This document shows positions 1-12,309 of a stretch of DNA of 50,799 nucleotides, one piece after another (position 1 is the stretch's first letter; each line of letters opens with the position of its first letter). Location of the stretch: positions 32,671,959 to 32,722,757 of the forward strand of contig NC_069000.1 in the NCBI RefSeq assembly GCF_001194135.2, in the 5' to 3' direction. This stretch comes from Octopus bimaculoides. Its lineage: Eukaryota. The notes beneath the pieces are model-generated. The model saw only the letters and a list, made by a program, of their open reading frames with translations. It had not been told where the DNA came from and did no database searches. The translations under genes were made by a program, and so were the position numbers.

Positions 1-6
1 TTATTA

Positions 7-58
<52 letters not shown>

Positions 59-63
59 CATCA

Positions 64-151
<88 letters not shown>

Positions 152-157
152 CATTAT
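1..157. repeat. (TTA)n/(TCA) microsatellite, probably the internal (AAT)n tract of a minus-strand family-C element running off the window edge
   Basis: Direct sequence; abuts a reverse-complement copy of the family-C head at 158-192. Confidence 0.9.
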
Positions 158-209
158 TGTTCAGGTCACTGTTTGGAATCGAACTCGGAATCCCTTAAAT
201 ATAGAACTG
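155..209 (-). mobile_element. 5'-truncated family-C tRNA-like head (minus strand) joined to a plus-strand copy of the family-C terminal 16-mer
   Basis: Reverse complement GATTCCGAGTTCGATTCCAAACAGTGACCTGAAC matches 4367-4398 (B box). CTTAAATATAGAACTG at 194-209 is identical to 4672-4687. Confidence 0.75.
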
Positions 210-354
210 AACAAGCAAAGTGTATTAGATTGACACTCGGGAAAAATGGAAAAGTCTTAAACGTTTCGAGCCTACGAACTTTGACAGAAAGGGATGAGGG
301 AAAAAAATGGAGAGAACAAAACGGAAAAAAAGAACGTGTCAGGATTATGCAAGT

Positions 355-520
355 ATATATATGTATGCATGTGTGTATGCATGTATGTATGCATGTATGT
401 ATGTATGTATGTATGTATGTATCTATGTATGTATGCAGTGCGTGTGTGTGTGTTTGTGTGTGTGTGTGTGTTTTTGTGTGCGTGTGCGCGTGTATATTTT
501 TTATATGCATGTCTGTATAT
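355..520. repeat. Compound (TATG)n/(TG)n microsatellite
   Basis: Direct sequence. Confidence 0.95.
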
Positions 521-644
521 GAATTTGCTTAGGACCAGTTCTGTCATAGAACCACAGAAACCTGCTGAAGATAGCCGTTTGGTCCTGTACTACTTACTCA
601 TGGCCTACGCCGGAATCGGTCTTTACTCTGCTCTACTTACTCAG

Positions 645-701
645 TGACGATGGTGCATGGGAACTCAGAAAGATTACAAAGACAAAACCTGTCAAAGGCA
701 G
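645..701 (+). other. Candidate 57-nt spliced exon of an unidentified transcript
   Basis: Pyrimidine-rich acceptor (ctttactctgctctacttactcag) and CAG|GTGAGC donor; length divisible by 3; open frames DDGAWELRKITKTKPVKG or TMVHGNSERLQRQNLSKA; no homology recognised. Confidence 0.3.
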
Positions 702-1065
702 GTGAGCTGCTCAGAGCCAACGGCTCCCATATCCTGGAAAGTGGAAAGGCCTCAGTGGTATTACTATTTCAGTCTTCAAATGGAACTTAGAATAATATGT
801 AATTCCGTACCAGAGAGGTCGGAGCCCGAAATCAGTATTAGAGCCTGAGACAGAGTGGGGTAGAAATGTTCGCAAACAATTTCATGATACCCGACCTCAG
901 AGATGCTGAGAACGATAAACTTGATGTGTTTATGTGTAACTGTCTTTGAAGACCTATTTCGCTCGTGGTTAGGACAGAGGTTTGTAATATTGAGCATGCG
1001 GCTTCCTTTTATGTTTCTCCTTTCTACTGAGTTGAAAATGGGTGTCACTCATGTGTTTGTACAGT

Positions 1066-1067
<2 letters not shown>

Positions 1068-1117
<50 letters not shown>

Positions 1118-1290
1118 NNNNNNNNNNNNNNNNNNNNNNNNNNNNNNNNNNNNNTCTCTCTCTTCCTCACCCCTCTCTCTCTCTCTCTCTCTCTCTTTCA
1201 TACACTCATTCACACACACACACACACACACACGCACATACACGCATACATACACACTCACACACACTCATTCTCTCTTCCTCACCCTCT
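1068..1290. repeat. (CT)n/(CA)n microsatellite with gap 1118-1154
   Basis: Direct sequence. Confidence 0.95.
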
Positions 1291-3406
1291 CTCATACTCA
1301 GCGTTTCACATCATTGATGTTTTACTGTGTAGGCGGTGCCCTAAAATGCCTATGTCTGCTAAAAACTACATAAACGTACCTAAAACAGTTAATGAAACCT
1401 TGATACATGCTAGCGAGTTCCACTCGCTAGTATATGATTGCATATATGTATTTTACGTATTTTTACCGGTTCTTCACGTTCTGTGTCCAAATCCTGTCAC
1501 GTACTGAAATTGTTGGAATCGCCTAACTGCTTTTCTTTCTCAGCACTTGAGCTATGTATTTATTTTTGGTGTTATTGTTCAGCAGGTTCTATTTGAGCGA
1601 TAACTATTACGTCGCTCGAAGGTTTTCTGCACTGACTTTACCTCTTCTTCCCTCTTTTCTTCTGCTGATAGCGTTTTGTCATTGAAAATTTCCAGTCGAT
1701 GTCAGAAATCCGGTGCTTTTAATGCCCATGGGATGGATCTCCTCTGTAGAACTGTCGAGTATCCCCAATGCTGATGTCCGTACGGGTAATCGGTATCGGT
1801 CCTGCATGCGGGGAATAGGTATCGGCCCTGTGAGAGATTGTTTTGTCGCAAGAGCAAAGCCCTAGCTAACATATATAATATGTGTGGTATAATATTCTTT
1901 GCTCATTCTATCTCTTCACAGTGACTTTGAATAATATATCTTCTTCAACCGATAGTTATATGTAGCATTCATACGTATGTGTTGTTATTACGAGTGTTAT
2001 CGTTCGTGCGTTTTGGCTGAATGGTTTTATCTGGTAAGATGATTTATTTCTTTTCAACAAATGAAGCTGGCATTGTTTTTTTTTTTCTGAAAACTTTGAG
2101 GATGTTCGGTATTTCTTATCCCAATATACTGTAAGTCTAATGTAGCCTTTCGTATGATCTTTCCCAGGCTTTCTGTAGAAATGGTATAGGTCTTGGTTCA
2201 GTTCGAAAGTCCATTGGCATTTTTCTCGATGGTTTAACAATCGGTGATGGCTGATTCCGGGTCTTTTTGTCGCCCTGGTGTACATATAGTAATTTTCTAC
2301 GTGGTTTGTATCTCACTGTTTGAGTATTACTGCGATCTTTTCAAAAACGTTTTTGTTTGCGTTTACTCAAAGGTAACCATTTCTTTAACCGGGCTTTATT
2401 AATGGCAAAAATTATAGGGGATAGTATTCATTACTCGGGATAATGAATAGTCCTCTGTGCCAACGAGTATGCATTCGACGCCATGATGAATATGTATGTA
2501 TGTATGTATGCATAAATGTATGTATGCACGAATGTCTATATGCATATATATGCATGTGTGTGTGAGTGTGTGTGTGTGCGTGCGTTTGTGGATATGTGTG
2601 TGTGTGCGCGTGTGTAGCTAGGTAAGTATATGCGAATATCCTAATGCTAACTTCGATTAAGCTTTCAACAATGCATTTCGCTTCGCATATAAGACGTATT
2701 CATACACTGCCAACGTTCGCATCTCCCGAGAGTGAACTCTGTTTCTGCTGGCATTTAGAGGAATTTCTACTTGTAACTAAATAAGACAGCTGCTTCTTCA
2801 TGGAAGTTTAGAATTGCTGCTAGGTTTCCAAGCCCTTAATAATGTGTTAGCTGAACCTATACAATGGTAAGCAAAACTTCTAAAATATGTAAATAGTCGG
2901 TCGAAATGTTTATCTATTTGAAGATGAAATCGAATAAACAGTTAAATTTAAAGAAGTAAAATTTTCAACTTCATTCTATGATTATTGATCTATATGATAT
3001 TGTATGATATTGTGAATAACATATTACATTTAAATTGAAAACAGATTCTACCGAAAAACTGATTTACTTAAAGACCTCAAACAGCAGATCATGAATGTGC
3101 GATTTCCCAACGGTAGTCACTTCGTATGTTAAACTTATAACATGAATTAAGTTTATATAACCCAACAGCGCACGCATGAAATTGTTTTCAATTTAGACAT
3201 ATAATTTTACTCACAACGGTTTAGTGTATATGTACATGTGTGTGTGTGTGAATATATGTATATGTATGGGTAAATTTTGATATTAACACCCGCACGTTTT
3301 TCACTAAGAAAAAAAATTACTAAAGACTACCAAGAGTCACGTGGAGATGAAATGATTGTACTTCAACTTGGAGCTCCAAGAGTGGGATAGTATAGACCTT
3401 TTCCTT

Positions 3407-3470
<64 letters not shown>

Positions 3471-3585
3471 TGTGTGTGCATTATTGGTAGTCTTCTGTGA
3501 TTGCAGTCTCTGTAGTCTTCCGTAATTTTTTTTTCTTACTAAAAATGGAGCGGATGTTAATGTCAAAATTTACCTATGTATGTAG

Positions 3586-3690
3586 TGGAGGTGCAATGGT
3601 GCAGTGGTTAGGGTAGCAGACTCGTATGATCGAGGTTTCGATTCTCAGACTGGGCGTTGTGAATGTTTATTGAGCGAAAACACCTAAATC
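3586..3690 (+). mobile_element. Family-A tRNA-derived SINE, 5' part only
   Basis: Aligns to 45011-45115 (A box TGGTGCAGTGG, B box GGTTTCGATTCT, then GAGCGAAAACACCTAAA). Confidence 0.85.
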
Positions 3691-3695
3691 TTCAC

Positions 3696-3731
<36 letters not shown>

Positions 3732-4323
3732 TACAGTCAGCTGTAGAATGTATTACCTTCCTTACGTGTGAAATTTGTATGACAAGACTATCACAGGAAG
3801 TGGGATAAGAGTCATTATTACCTTACGACTTGGTGGCAGACTTCTCATCACTAGAAAGCTACAAGTTACCACCGCAATTAAATCTAAACAGATTCTTTTG
3901 CAACACTAATGATTTTATTCTTGTTGTTCATACCCTGAAAGCTCCACGGAGTGTCTTGTGAGCTGCATGTTACTCTGTCAGCAAAACTTATGTCATTTTT
4001 CAGTTGCATACTGCCCAATACTCTCATCTTGCAATTTTCTCTGTTCAAAACCACCAACTAGCCGCACCATCCCAATTCAGATACCGAGGCACAAATATTT
4101 CAAATGACAGAACATTCAAAATTCCACATCAGCTAGCTCTGTTTTATATTCTGGAAGAGAGAAAGATATTCTTTCTAAATAATCTCTTCGGCTACGATTC
4201 TCTGGTCCTCGTTTTCCACTCTACTCTTTCCGCGCGAGACATGAGTAAATGAAGTACTCGCAGTAAAACCTGGAGAACTGTAACTTCTGTACGTTATTTA
4301 CATTATTTACATTATAGGCAATG

Positions 4324-4396
4324 GGCATATGGCGTAGTGATTATGAGCGCAGGTTACTAACCCCAAAATTCCGAGTTCGATTCCAGGCAGTGAACC

Positions 4397-4477
<81 letters not shown>

Positions 4478-4688
4478 TAACATCGAAAAATACCCAAGGA
4501 ATGAGAACCCAGGTTCGAAATTTACCCAAGACACCTGATGAAGACTGGAGGGTATATCAGCCGAAACGTTGTTTTAACAAAAAACAAGATGAGGACAAAT
4601 GTAAATAATGTAAATAATGTACATAAATAATGTACATAAATAATGTAAATAATGTACAAGATTTCTCATCTCTTAAATATAGAACTGT
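4324..4688 (+). mobile_element. Family-C composite element: tRNA-like head, (AAT)n, spacer, minimal hammerhead, tandem AATGTA(C/A)AT tail
   Basis: A box TGGCGTAGTGA about 4330-4340, B box GAGTTCGATTCC 4373-4384, (AAT)n 4399-4478, hammerhead motif 4530-4575, tandem tail about 4607-4657. Confidence 0.8.
4530..4575 (+). ncRNA. Minimal type I hammerhead ribozyme motif (Penelope/retrozyme type), slightly degenerate
   Basis: GACAC-CTGATGA-A-GACTG(gagggtatat)CAGCC-GAAA-CGT-T-GTTTT: intact CUGAUGA and GAAA cores, palindromic ACGT helix III, helices I and II each with one mismatch. Confidence 0.7.
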
Positions 4689-5769
4689 ATTGCAAATTCT
4701 GTATCCAGAAAAACTTATCAGGTATCTGGCGAGAGGCGGACACGTAGAAAGAAATCCTAGATAGAACTAACACCAAAGCATTCATTATTTTACTACGGGA
4801 ATACAGTGCACAACATGACTCGTGATTTGCTCTTATGACTCTTTGCGACCATGGTCGACGCACGGTGAGAAATCAGCGAAATATTTAGAAACCAGCTGAA
4901 GGCCACTTTGAAGAATAGTAAGACTTTGGCCAACACTTTGAAGAAGGAATGTAAATGTAGAGGAGACAGACACTTAGCTCCTAGCAGGAAAAGCGAATGA
5001 CAACAACATACTGAGAGATACGCAACCGCTTCCACCTAATATTTCCATGTCTCGACATTGACTGAAGTTGCAGATCAGGGATCAGTGAATCAGTGTCTTT
5101 TTCCTTTTTAATTTCAGTTTTATTGATTGTCAACCGGGGTCTATTTGACCCTTGAGAGTCCACATAAGGTTTTTAGTGTTAAAAATTTGTCTGTCATAAA
5201 TTGGTTATACTTCTACAATACACAAGCTGTTTTAATTTTTTATACTATTCCTAATAATGTTTCCATTATAAAAAATATGATTTTTAGAACATGAAATAGC
5301 TAGGAGGCTCCATCTGAGTAAAATAAGAAGCGATGGGACCCATAGGTAAAAATGGACGAGAAACACCGATCTAGATAGAGTATAGGGATGTGCCCTCTGC
5401 ATTTGTAGGTCTAGAAAGATTGATATGATAACAACTTGCCTGCTTCACTTACGTACTTCTATCAAACCCTTGAACTATTATTCTTTACAACTGATTCCAG
5501 CCAGTCATTTCGATCACTTCCATATACGTATTCCTGTTTGTCTAATCTTCCGGTCATTAATTGTTGGTGTCTCACCATTATTATTGACCTTTATCTTTCT
5601 TTCTTTATTTCTTTCTGTCAGTCTTTCTTTCTTTCATGAGGACCTGTCTTACGTAATAACCACATGGACTTTGACTAAGCCGTAACGCATAACTGACAAA
5701 TGAATGTCTGGTTTGTAATAACGGTTTTTGAATATGAGTTCCGTTGACCCTATATCACTGCTGTTTGAT

Positions 5770-5958
5770 ACAACATTAGCGTTGCATACATACATACATA
5801 CATACATACATACATACATACATACATACATTCATACATACGTAGGTATATATATATGTGTGTGTGTGTGTGTGTTTGTGTTCGAGTGTGTGTGTATATA
5901 TATATAAAGAGAGAGAGAGAGACAGAGAGAGAGAGACAGACAGAGAGAGAGAGAGGGG
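5770..5958. repeat. Compound (CATA)n/(TG)n/(GA)n microsatellite
   Basis: Direct sequence. Confidence 0.95.
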
Positions 5959-6298
5959 GGTTCGGGATATAGCTGATGATTATATATGCCCCTTTCCTTT
6001 TTAGGAACAGTTTGATGTGCTGGTGATTAGAGGAGCTATTTGTATTTGGAAGAAAAAGGTTACCTAACAAGGTGGACCGGAAGTAATTTGAATATTGGAA
6101 AAGAATTAACTACAACATGAGGATTCAAGCAGGGCATCAACATCCCGACATCATGATTGCTGCTCAATGGTCTGTAAACACTGTAAAGACTGTAATATGG
6201 CAACGGACAGCTGTAACGGAGATGACAAGGCCGTGGCCTGCAGGAAGTGACACGACAAGCGTTCTGACTGAATCCGCACGACGGAATTCATCTCTTTA
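5954..6298 (+). mobile_element. mariner/maT-like transposon relic: 5' end and N-terminal transposase, truncated
   Basis: TIR-like GGGGTTCGGGATATAGCTGATGAT and AGGAACAGTTTG shared with 35876-35935. MRIQAGHQHPDIMIAAQWSVNTVKTV aligns with MIRVRC*NVDFMTAVQCSLNTVNAV at about 36046; contains a frameshift and stops. Confidence 0.7.
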
Positions 6299-6394
6299 GA
6301 CACACACACACACACACATGTGCACGTGCGTGTGTGTGTGTGTGTGCGTGTATGCGTGTGCGCGTGCGTGTGTATGTGTGTGTTTCCGTTCTCC

Positions 6395-6427
6395 TTTCCG
6401 GCGAAGAGCTATGCTCGAAACGTCAAA
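6395..6427 (+). ncRNA. Degenerate minimal hammerhead-like motif
   Basis: TTT-CCGGCGA-A-GAGC(TAT)GCTC-GAAA-CGTC-AAA: perfect helix II, GAAA, palindromic ACGT and GUC site, but the CUGANGA core has two substitutions. Confidence 0.5.
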
Positions 6428-7719
6428 CACTCTCTTTTCACAAACCCTGAAGCTAATACATTTCTTGTGACATCTGCTAACATTTCTCGTTTATTTGAAT
6501 TGACTATNNNNNNNNNNNNNNNNNNNNNNNNNNNNNNNNNNNNNNNNNNNNNNNNNNNNNNNNNNNNNNNNNNNNNNNNNNNNNNNNNNNNNNNNNNNNN
6601 NNNNNNNNNNNNNNNNNNNNNNNNNNNNNNNNNNNNNNNNNNNNNNNNNNNNNNNNNNNNNNNNNNNNNNNNNNNNNNNNNNNNNNNNNNNNNNNNNNNN
6701 NNNNNNNNNNNNNNNNNNNNNNNNNNNNNNNNNNNNNNNNNNNNNNNNNNNNNNNNNNNNNNNNNNNNNNNNNNNNNNNNNNNNNNNNNNNNNNNNNNNN
6801 NNNNNNNNNNNNNNNNNNNNNNNNNNNNNNNNNNNNNNNNNNNNNNNNNNNNNNNNNNNNNNNNNNNNNNNNNNNNNNNNNNNNNNNNNNNNNNNNNNNN
6901 NNNNNNNNNNNNNNNNNNNNNNNNNNNNNNNNNNNNNNNNNNNNNNNNNNNNNNNNNNNNNNNNNNNNNNNNNNNNNNNNNNNNNNNNNNNNNNNNNNNN
7001 NNNNNNNNNNNNNNNNNNNNNNNNNNNNNNNNNNNNNNNNNNNNNNNNNNNNNNNNNNNNNNNNNNNNNNNNNNNNNNNNNNNNNNNNNNNNNNNNNNNN
7101 NNNNNNNNNNNNNNNNNNNNNNNNNNNNNNNNNNNNNNNNNNNNNNNNNNNNNNNNNNNNNATATATATATATATAATTACGCTTGGGCATTGCGATACT
7201 AATAACAAGTTGTGGGAAATAGTTATACTTATGCTTGAGAATAATGCATCAGGTGAGTATAGAACGTAATATAAATTCCTGAATGACAAAACAACTCAAG
7301 TATTTTAGTCGCTTTCATTAGGTTACAGCTGTTTTTTACTATAAGAAAGATTGCCCTCAGAAGTGAGTGCCCATGCGGCATCTTAAATCTTGCAAAGGTC
7401 CATTTAAATGAGGCACATGTTTATTACGAAGAATATTTAAATACAGACTTGATTACTTCCCGAACCATATATGACAATACATTTCTTTTTAAAACAGAAT
7501 AATTGCAACGAAGCGCATATATACGTTCAGGAAGATAACAGACACCCACATATTTTTATATGGGCGTCGTTATACACACATGCATGTTTAGAGACAGGTA
7601 TACCGGTACAAAATTAGGTAAATAAATATATATGTACACATTTGCGTGTGAATGCACAAAAACATAGATGTAGAGATTTACATACGCATAAGTGGTCACA
7701 CACCCACATAACAGGCCCA

Positions 7720-7790
7720 CACACACATATGTATATCTATACATAGTCAGAGAGAGAGAGGGGGGGAGAAAGAGAATGAGAAAGAGAAAT

Positions 7791-7833
<43 letters not shown>

Positions 7834-7850
7834 GAGAGAAAGAGAGAGAT
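7720..7850. repeat. (GA)n-rich microsatellite
   Basis: Direct sequence. Confidence 0.9.
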
Positions 7851-8859
7851 ATGCATATATTTACATGCATAATTAAAACAAAATATAAACGAATATTTAT
7901 TATGACAGTTAAGTAATGCTGCAAATTAAAATGTTAAGAATATTAAGGCAGAATTCCTGAAATACAGTCGGCCGTTGAATCTGAACAATTATGAAGATTA
8001 TGTTTTAAAAACTGTTAACTTGTAGGTTTAGTTAAAACATTTGTAAAAGAATTTAAAATTTCGAAGAATCTTGTGATTAGAGTTAATGACCAGCTCATTT
8101 TCTTTATTCAGAAGTCATTTGTCTGAAACTGAAATTTCACTCGCTTCCAAGTAGCATGATCAACATGGTTTTCATTTTCCCATATATGGATCCTGGTTGA
8201 TAATCATTGCTCTAAACGCAGTCATTGTCTATGGAATATGTGTGCCACCATAGAATTCAAAAGAAATATTGATGCAATTGATAGTTCAAGGAATCTTGTC
8301 TGACTTTCTGACAATTCGATCAAACTCATCATGGCCCAAGACAAGCGCTTTTTGCTTATCGCACCGAAATGAGGAAAATCAAAGTTGATCAACGCGTGAT
8401 TCGAATGATTGCAAAGTTTATAATAAGTACTGGAAGGTTTTCTACTACCTTATGCAGCCCTGCCAACTGGCTTTTTGAGCAAAATATTTCTAAATAAGAA
8501 AGTGGGGGGGGGGGCGTGTGTATGCCTGTGTGTGTCTGTGTATGTAATATGTGTCACATTGCTTATGAATAAGTGTATGAGTATGAGTGTGTGTAAATAT
8601 GTGTATAATTCTGTGTGTGTGCGTCTCTGCTTGAGACAGACAATGTACCGGAGGGTTCGGAGCACTAGTTTATGGGAATAATTGATTAATAAAATACGAA
8701 TGTAAAGATGAACACTTGAACGAATTTCACGTTGAAGATATCGCTTGGGTAATGTTACGAAAATGTTAGGATTGGTGAGTTAGATTTACGCATACATATA
8801 TGCATACACGCGTTCGTGTGTATACGTTTCTCTATATACATGCATGAATATATTCACGT

Positions 8860-8865
8860 ATATAT

Positions 8866-8936
<71 letters not shown>

Positions 8937-9068
8937 NNNNNNNNNNNNNNNNNNNNNNNNNNNNNNNNNNNNNNNNNNNNNNNNNNNNNNNNNNNNNNNN
9001 NNNNNNNNNNNNNNNNNNNNNNNNNNNNNNNNNNNNNNNNNNNNNNNNNNNNNNNNNNNNNNNNNNNN

Positions 9069-9109
<41 letters not shown>

Positions 9110-9175
9110 GCATATTTATCTACGGACACACATAGACGCTTGCATACACATACACTTACACACACACACGCGTAT
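8860..9175. repeat. (TG)n/(TA)n microsatellite spanning gap 8937-9068
   Basis: Direct sequence. Confidence 0.95.
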
Positions 9176-9654
9176 GTAAGCATTATACTATATGTGTCTG
9201 TGTCCGCCTCTGTGTCTGTGTGTGTGAATTTAATGCCAATATCTCAAAATCAGCAAATTGCGTAGATTTAGAAATTAATGTCTGACGAATATTATAAAAT
9301 GTAACTCCGAACATTCCAATGAATGCTATACAGGAATTATATTATTTAATTCTATATGAGAAAATTCTATATAATAAATTATATCTAGCCTTGCTGATTT
9401 TCACACTTAATATAGCCTAAATTTGAATTATATTGAAATCCGTGCAATACCAAGTGTTACGTGTTTCAGAAACACTCACCGTTAGGTGCGCTAATATCCA
9501 TTGGGTAACCACATAAGTTAATATTAGTAATTTTAACACATGGTTACCAATACAGGCTTTTATTTAAAGGATTAAATGGTTCAACTAAAACATGGAGGGA
9601 GGCTCAGTGAGAAATAAGATCATACTTGATAACCTAGTTTTAAATACAGCACAT

Positions 9655-10575
9655 TCAACCATTTCAATCATCCGTTACCCATGAGTAAGTCGCGGGTGGG
9701 GATTACTCAAGCACCGCCTCCTCATGCTACAATATGAAGCAACTATTATTACATTTTCCAACTGGATTTCCAAGCATGACCAACTGAGATTATGCATACC
9801 ATTAAGCAATTTCGCTCATGTTCTACCACTACGTCTCCTGTCGGCTGACTCAGCTTTCAGAATCTGTCTGGCTATCCTTTCCACAGGCATTCTAACGACA
9901 GGTCTGTAGTGCCAGAGTTGTGAACTCTCAATGAGGGGAATCAGTGGATCGAATCCTTAATCACTGAGTTAAACATTCTGTTGATTGTCGTTACTTCTGA
10001 GATCCTTCGTAAGGAACCTCATTTCAGTCGGTGGTATTCGCGATCGTACCTTCTGCCATTACCAACATTTAGGAACCTAAGTGCGCATAGGCAAGGAAAC
10101 CGAATTGAAGATAACAAGTCAGAATTTTTCACCAAACTCCACTCTTCTGGGAATCGAATGGTGAAGTCGATTCATTACTCAGGCAGCACTTACAATTCTA
10201 ACATCCATTTCAGATTTCTGCCTTCCATCTCTTGTGAATGCTAAAAAAAACTTCGCTAGCCTCAGTGAGGCTCTACAAACTTACAGAATTCACTGAAGAC
10301 ACTTTCTTGAAAGGACCAGTATTTCAGTTTTTGGAGCACTTATCATCTCTACCGAATATCAAGCAGTGCCGTGTCGTCTGCAAATATTAGTACATCTGTA
10401 GATAAAAAAATGGGTTCGTTACAGCCGGAACGTTTTTGATCAAAGGTGTCTCATGAAGTAAAGCTAACTTGGAGCTAAATAGATGATACATCTTGGACTG
10501 GTTTCATCCCATTTCTTCAATTTATGGAACTACTTCGATTTATGGAGCTGCTTCAGCTTACGGAACTTTCTATTA
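9655..10575 (-). mobile_element. RTE-clade LINE relic (RT C-terminal half to 3' end) fused at its 5' side to a SINE fragment and an 18-nt x3 tandem
   Basis: Minus-strand translation gives LIFADDTALL, MISAPKTEILVLSRK, RFLRRISEVT-like, IESSQL..RMP..R..RQILKAE and a C-terminal P-P-R-type motif; many stops and indels. Confidence 0.85.
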
Positions 10576-10683
10576 AAGACACAAACTTGTGCCTTTAATA
10601 TATTCATTAAGCAAAACCAGTTCCAGGCAGTTCAAACTAATATGTATATATTATTTTTTTCTTTCTACTCTAGACACAAGGCT

Positions 10684-10788
10684 CACAATTTTGGGATCAG
10701 GGGGCCTGTCGATAAGATCGACCCAGTACGCAACTGGTACTTAATTTATCGACGCGAACGGATGAAAGGCAAAGTCGACCTCGGTGGA
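10684..10788 (-). mobile_element. Family-B tRNA-derived SINE fragment
   Basis: Reverse complement of the GGTCGACTTTGCCTTTCATCC..GTCGATAAATTAAGTACCAG core shared by more than 10 copies in the window. Confidence 0.85.
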
Positions 10789-10877
10789 GCTAATACCTGT
10801 ATTGAATTATATATGTATTCCATCAAATAATATTGCACTCATTTTTACCATGCATTCACTTTTAGCCACAAGTAAAA

Positions 10878-11258
10878 GTGGAGGCGCAATGGCCCAGTGG
10901 TTAGGACTCGTAGTCATAGAATCGCGGTTTCAATTCCCAGACCGGCGTTGTGAGTGTTTATTGAGCGAAAACACCTAAAGCCCCCACGACGCTCCGGCAG
11001 TGGATGGTGGCGAACCCTGCTATACTCTTCCACCACAACTTTCTCTCACTCTTGCTTCCTGTTTCTGTTGTGCCTGTAATTCAAAGGGTGAGCCTTGTCA
11101 CACTGTGTCACGCTGAATATCCCCGAGAACTACGTTAAGGGTACACGTGTCTGTGGAATGCTCAGCCACTTGCACGTTAATTTCTCGAGCAGGCTGTTCC
11201 GTTGATCATATCAACTGGAACCCTCGATGTTGTAAGCGATGGAGTGCCAACAACAACA
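10878..11258 (+). mobile_element. Family-A tRNA-derived SINE, near full length, (CAA)n tail
   Basis: High identity to 45011-45407, with a small deletion in the tRNA-like head. Confidence 0.92.
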
Positions 11259-11659
11259 TTGTTGCTACACGAGACTGTGATCCAAGACACTTGCTCAAGC
11301 TGATATTCGTTAGAATTGAACCTAAGATGTCCAGAACTGCAATATATGACTTATTCACTATTCTGCATTGCTGCCATAATGGCTTGGCATGAGCAATAAC
11401 AAGAAGACAATAATGTAGGTAGGAGAAATAAACTAAGAAGCTTTTAAAACTGAAAAATTATGAAAAGGTAAAAAAGACAAGGTTTTCTAAATGATATAAT
11501 AAATGGAGAAATCCTAGCAATTCTCGCTGTTCTATAGGGCTTTACTTGTACAGTAATGATTAGGTGGTGATGTAATGCAGTACATCTACGTAGGGGTCTC
11601 CAAATGCATATTCGTGTGCTCGTATGTATTAATGCTCACACACTCTCACACACGCACAT

Positions 11660-11670
11660 TTATATATGTA

Positions 11671-11759
<89 letters not shown>

Positions 11760-11760
11760 T
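11660..11760. repeat. (TA)n microsatellite
   Basis: Direct sequence. Confidence 0.97.
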
Positions 11761-12309
11761 TATACGCACACAAACATATATATGTCATATTTGTTATGGA
11801 TCACCGTATTTTTGACATATTAATAAATTTGAAAATATGTCTTTTTTTTTATTCTTTTGTTTTTGTCTTTTTAAGAAGTCGCTCAAATGCAAATGTAGCT
11901 CAAATATATGATGCATACGTATACACACCCGCTACATATACATACAGATACACCCACTTATAAATGTGTGTTCGTGTGTGTAGGGCTGTGTGTTATTGTT
12001 CATTATAAGGCTGACTCTATAAACATTTGTTCCCGAGCAAAAACGCAGTGTGTCGGTATGGGATAGGGGGTGTAGTAAGAGTGGGTGGAGGGAGATTTTT
12101 CAATGAAGCGGGGATGAAGACAATCCTGTTATTTGAGGGTATCCGTAGAGGAGGGTGCGGGGCTGAAGATGGCGGGAAAATTACGAAGAGAGTGATAAGG
12201 CATTAGGGAGCCTGTTGGTAAATGGAAGTCTTTCAACGAAAATATGTTTGTAAGAATGAAGAATGCACATAAGAAAGCGAGTGGGGCGAGAGTGTTGCAG
12301 TTATTGCAT

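Noticed and set aside
166-647. Overlapping 70-120 aa ORFs rich in H/T/Y/I or C/V/M (and equivalents at 24289-25277, 28164-30672, 50405-50758)
   Set aside because: Translations of TG/TATG microsatellites; no domain content
1440-2420. Penelope or other TE coding relic on the minus strand (IGDTRQ motif, 109-aa ORF)
   Set aside because: Only a 4-5 residue resemblance to GIY-YIG; not supportable without a search
4324-4398. tRNA gene
   Set aside because: Has A/B boxes but no pairing acceptor stem or T-run terminator, and continues into repeat body; it is a SINE-type head
6320-7289. Long ORFs of 150-430 aa (also 16512-17645, 29013-30302, 40014-40550)
   Set aside because: They are open only because they cross N gaps
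9497-9552. 50-bp hairpin (ATTGGGTAACCA..TGGTTACCAAT) as a miRNA precursor
   Set aside because: Large AT-rich interior with poor pairing; more likely a MITE remnant
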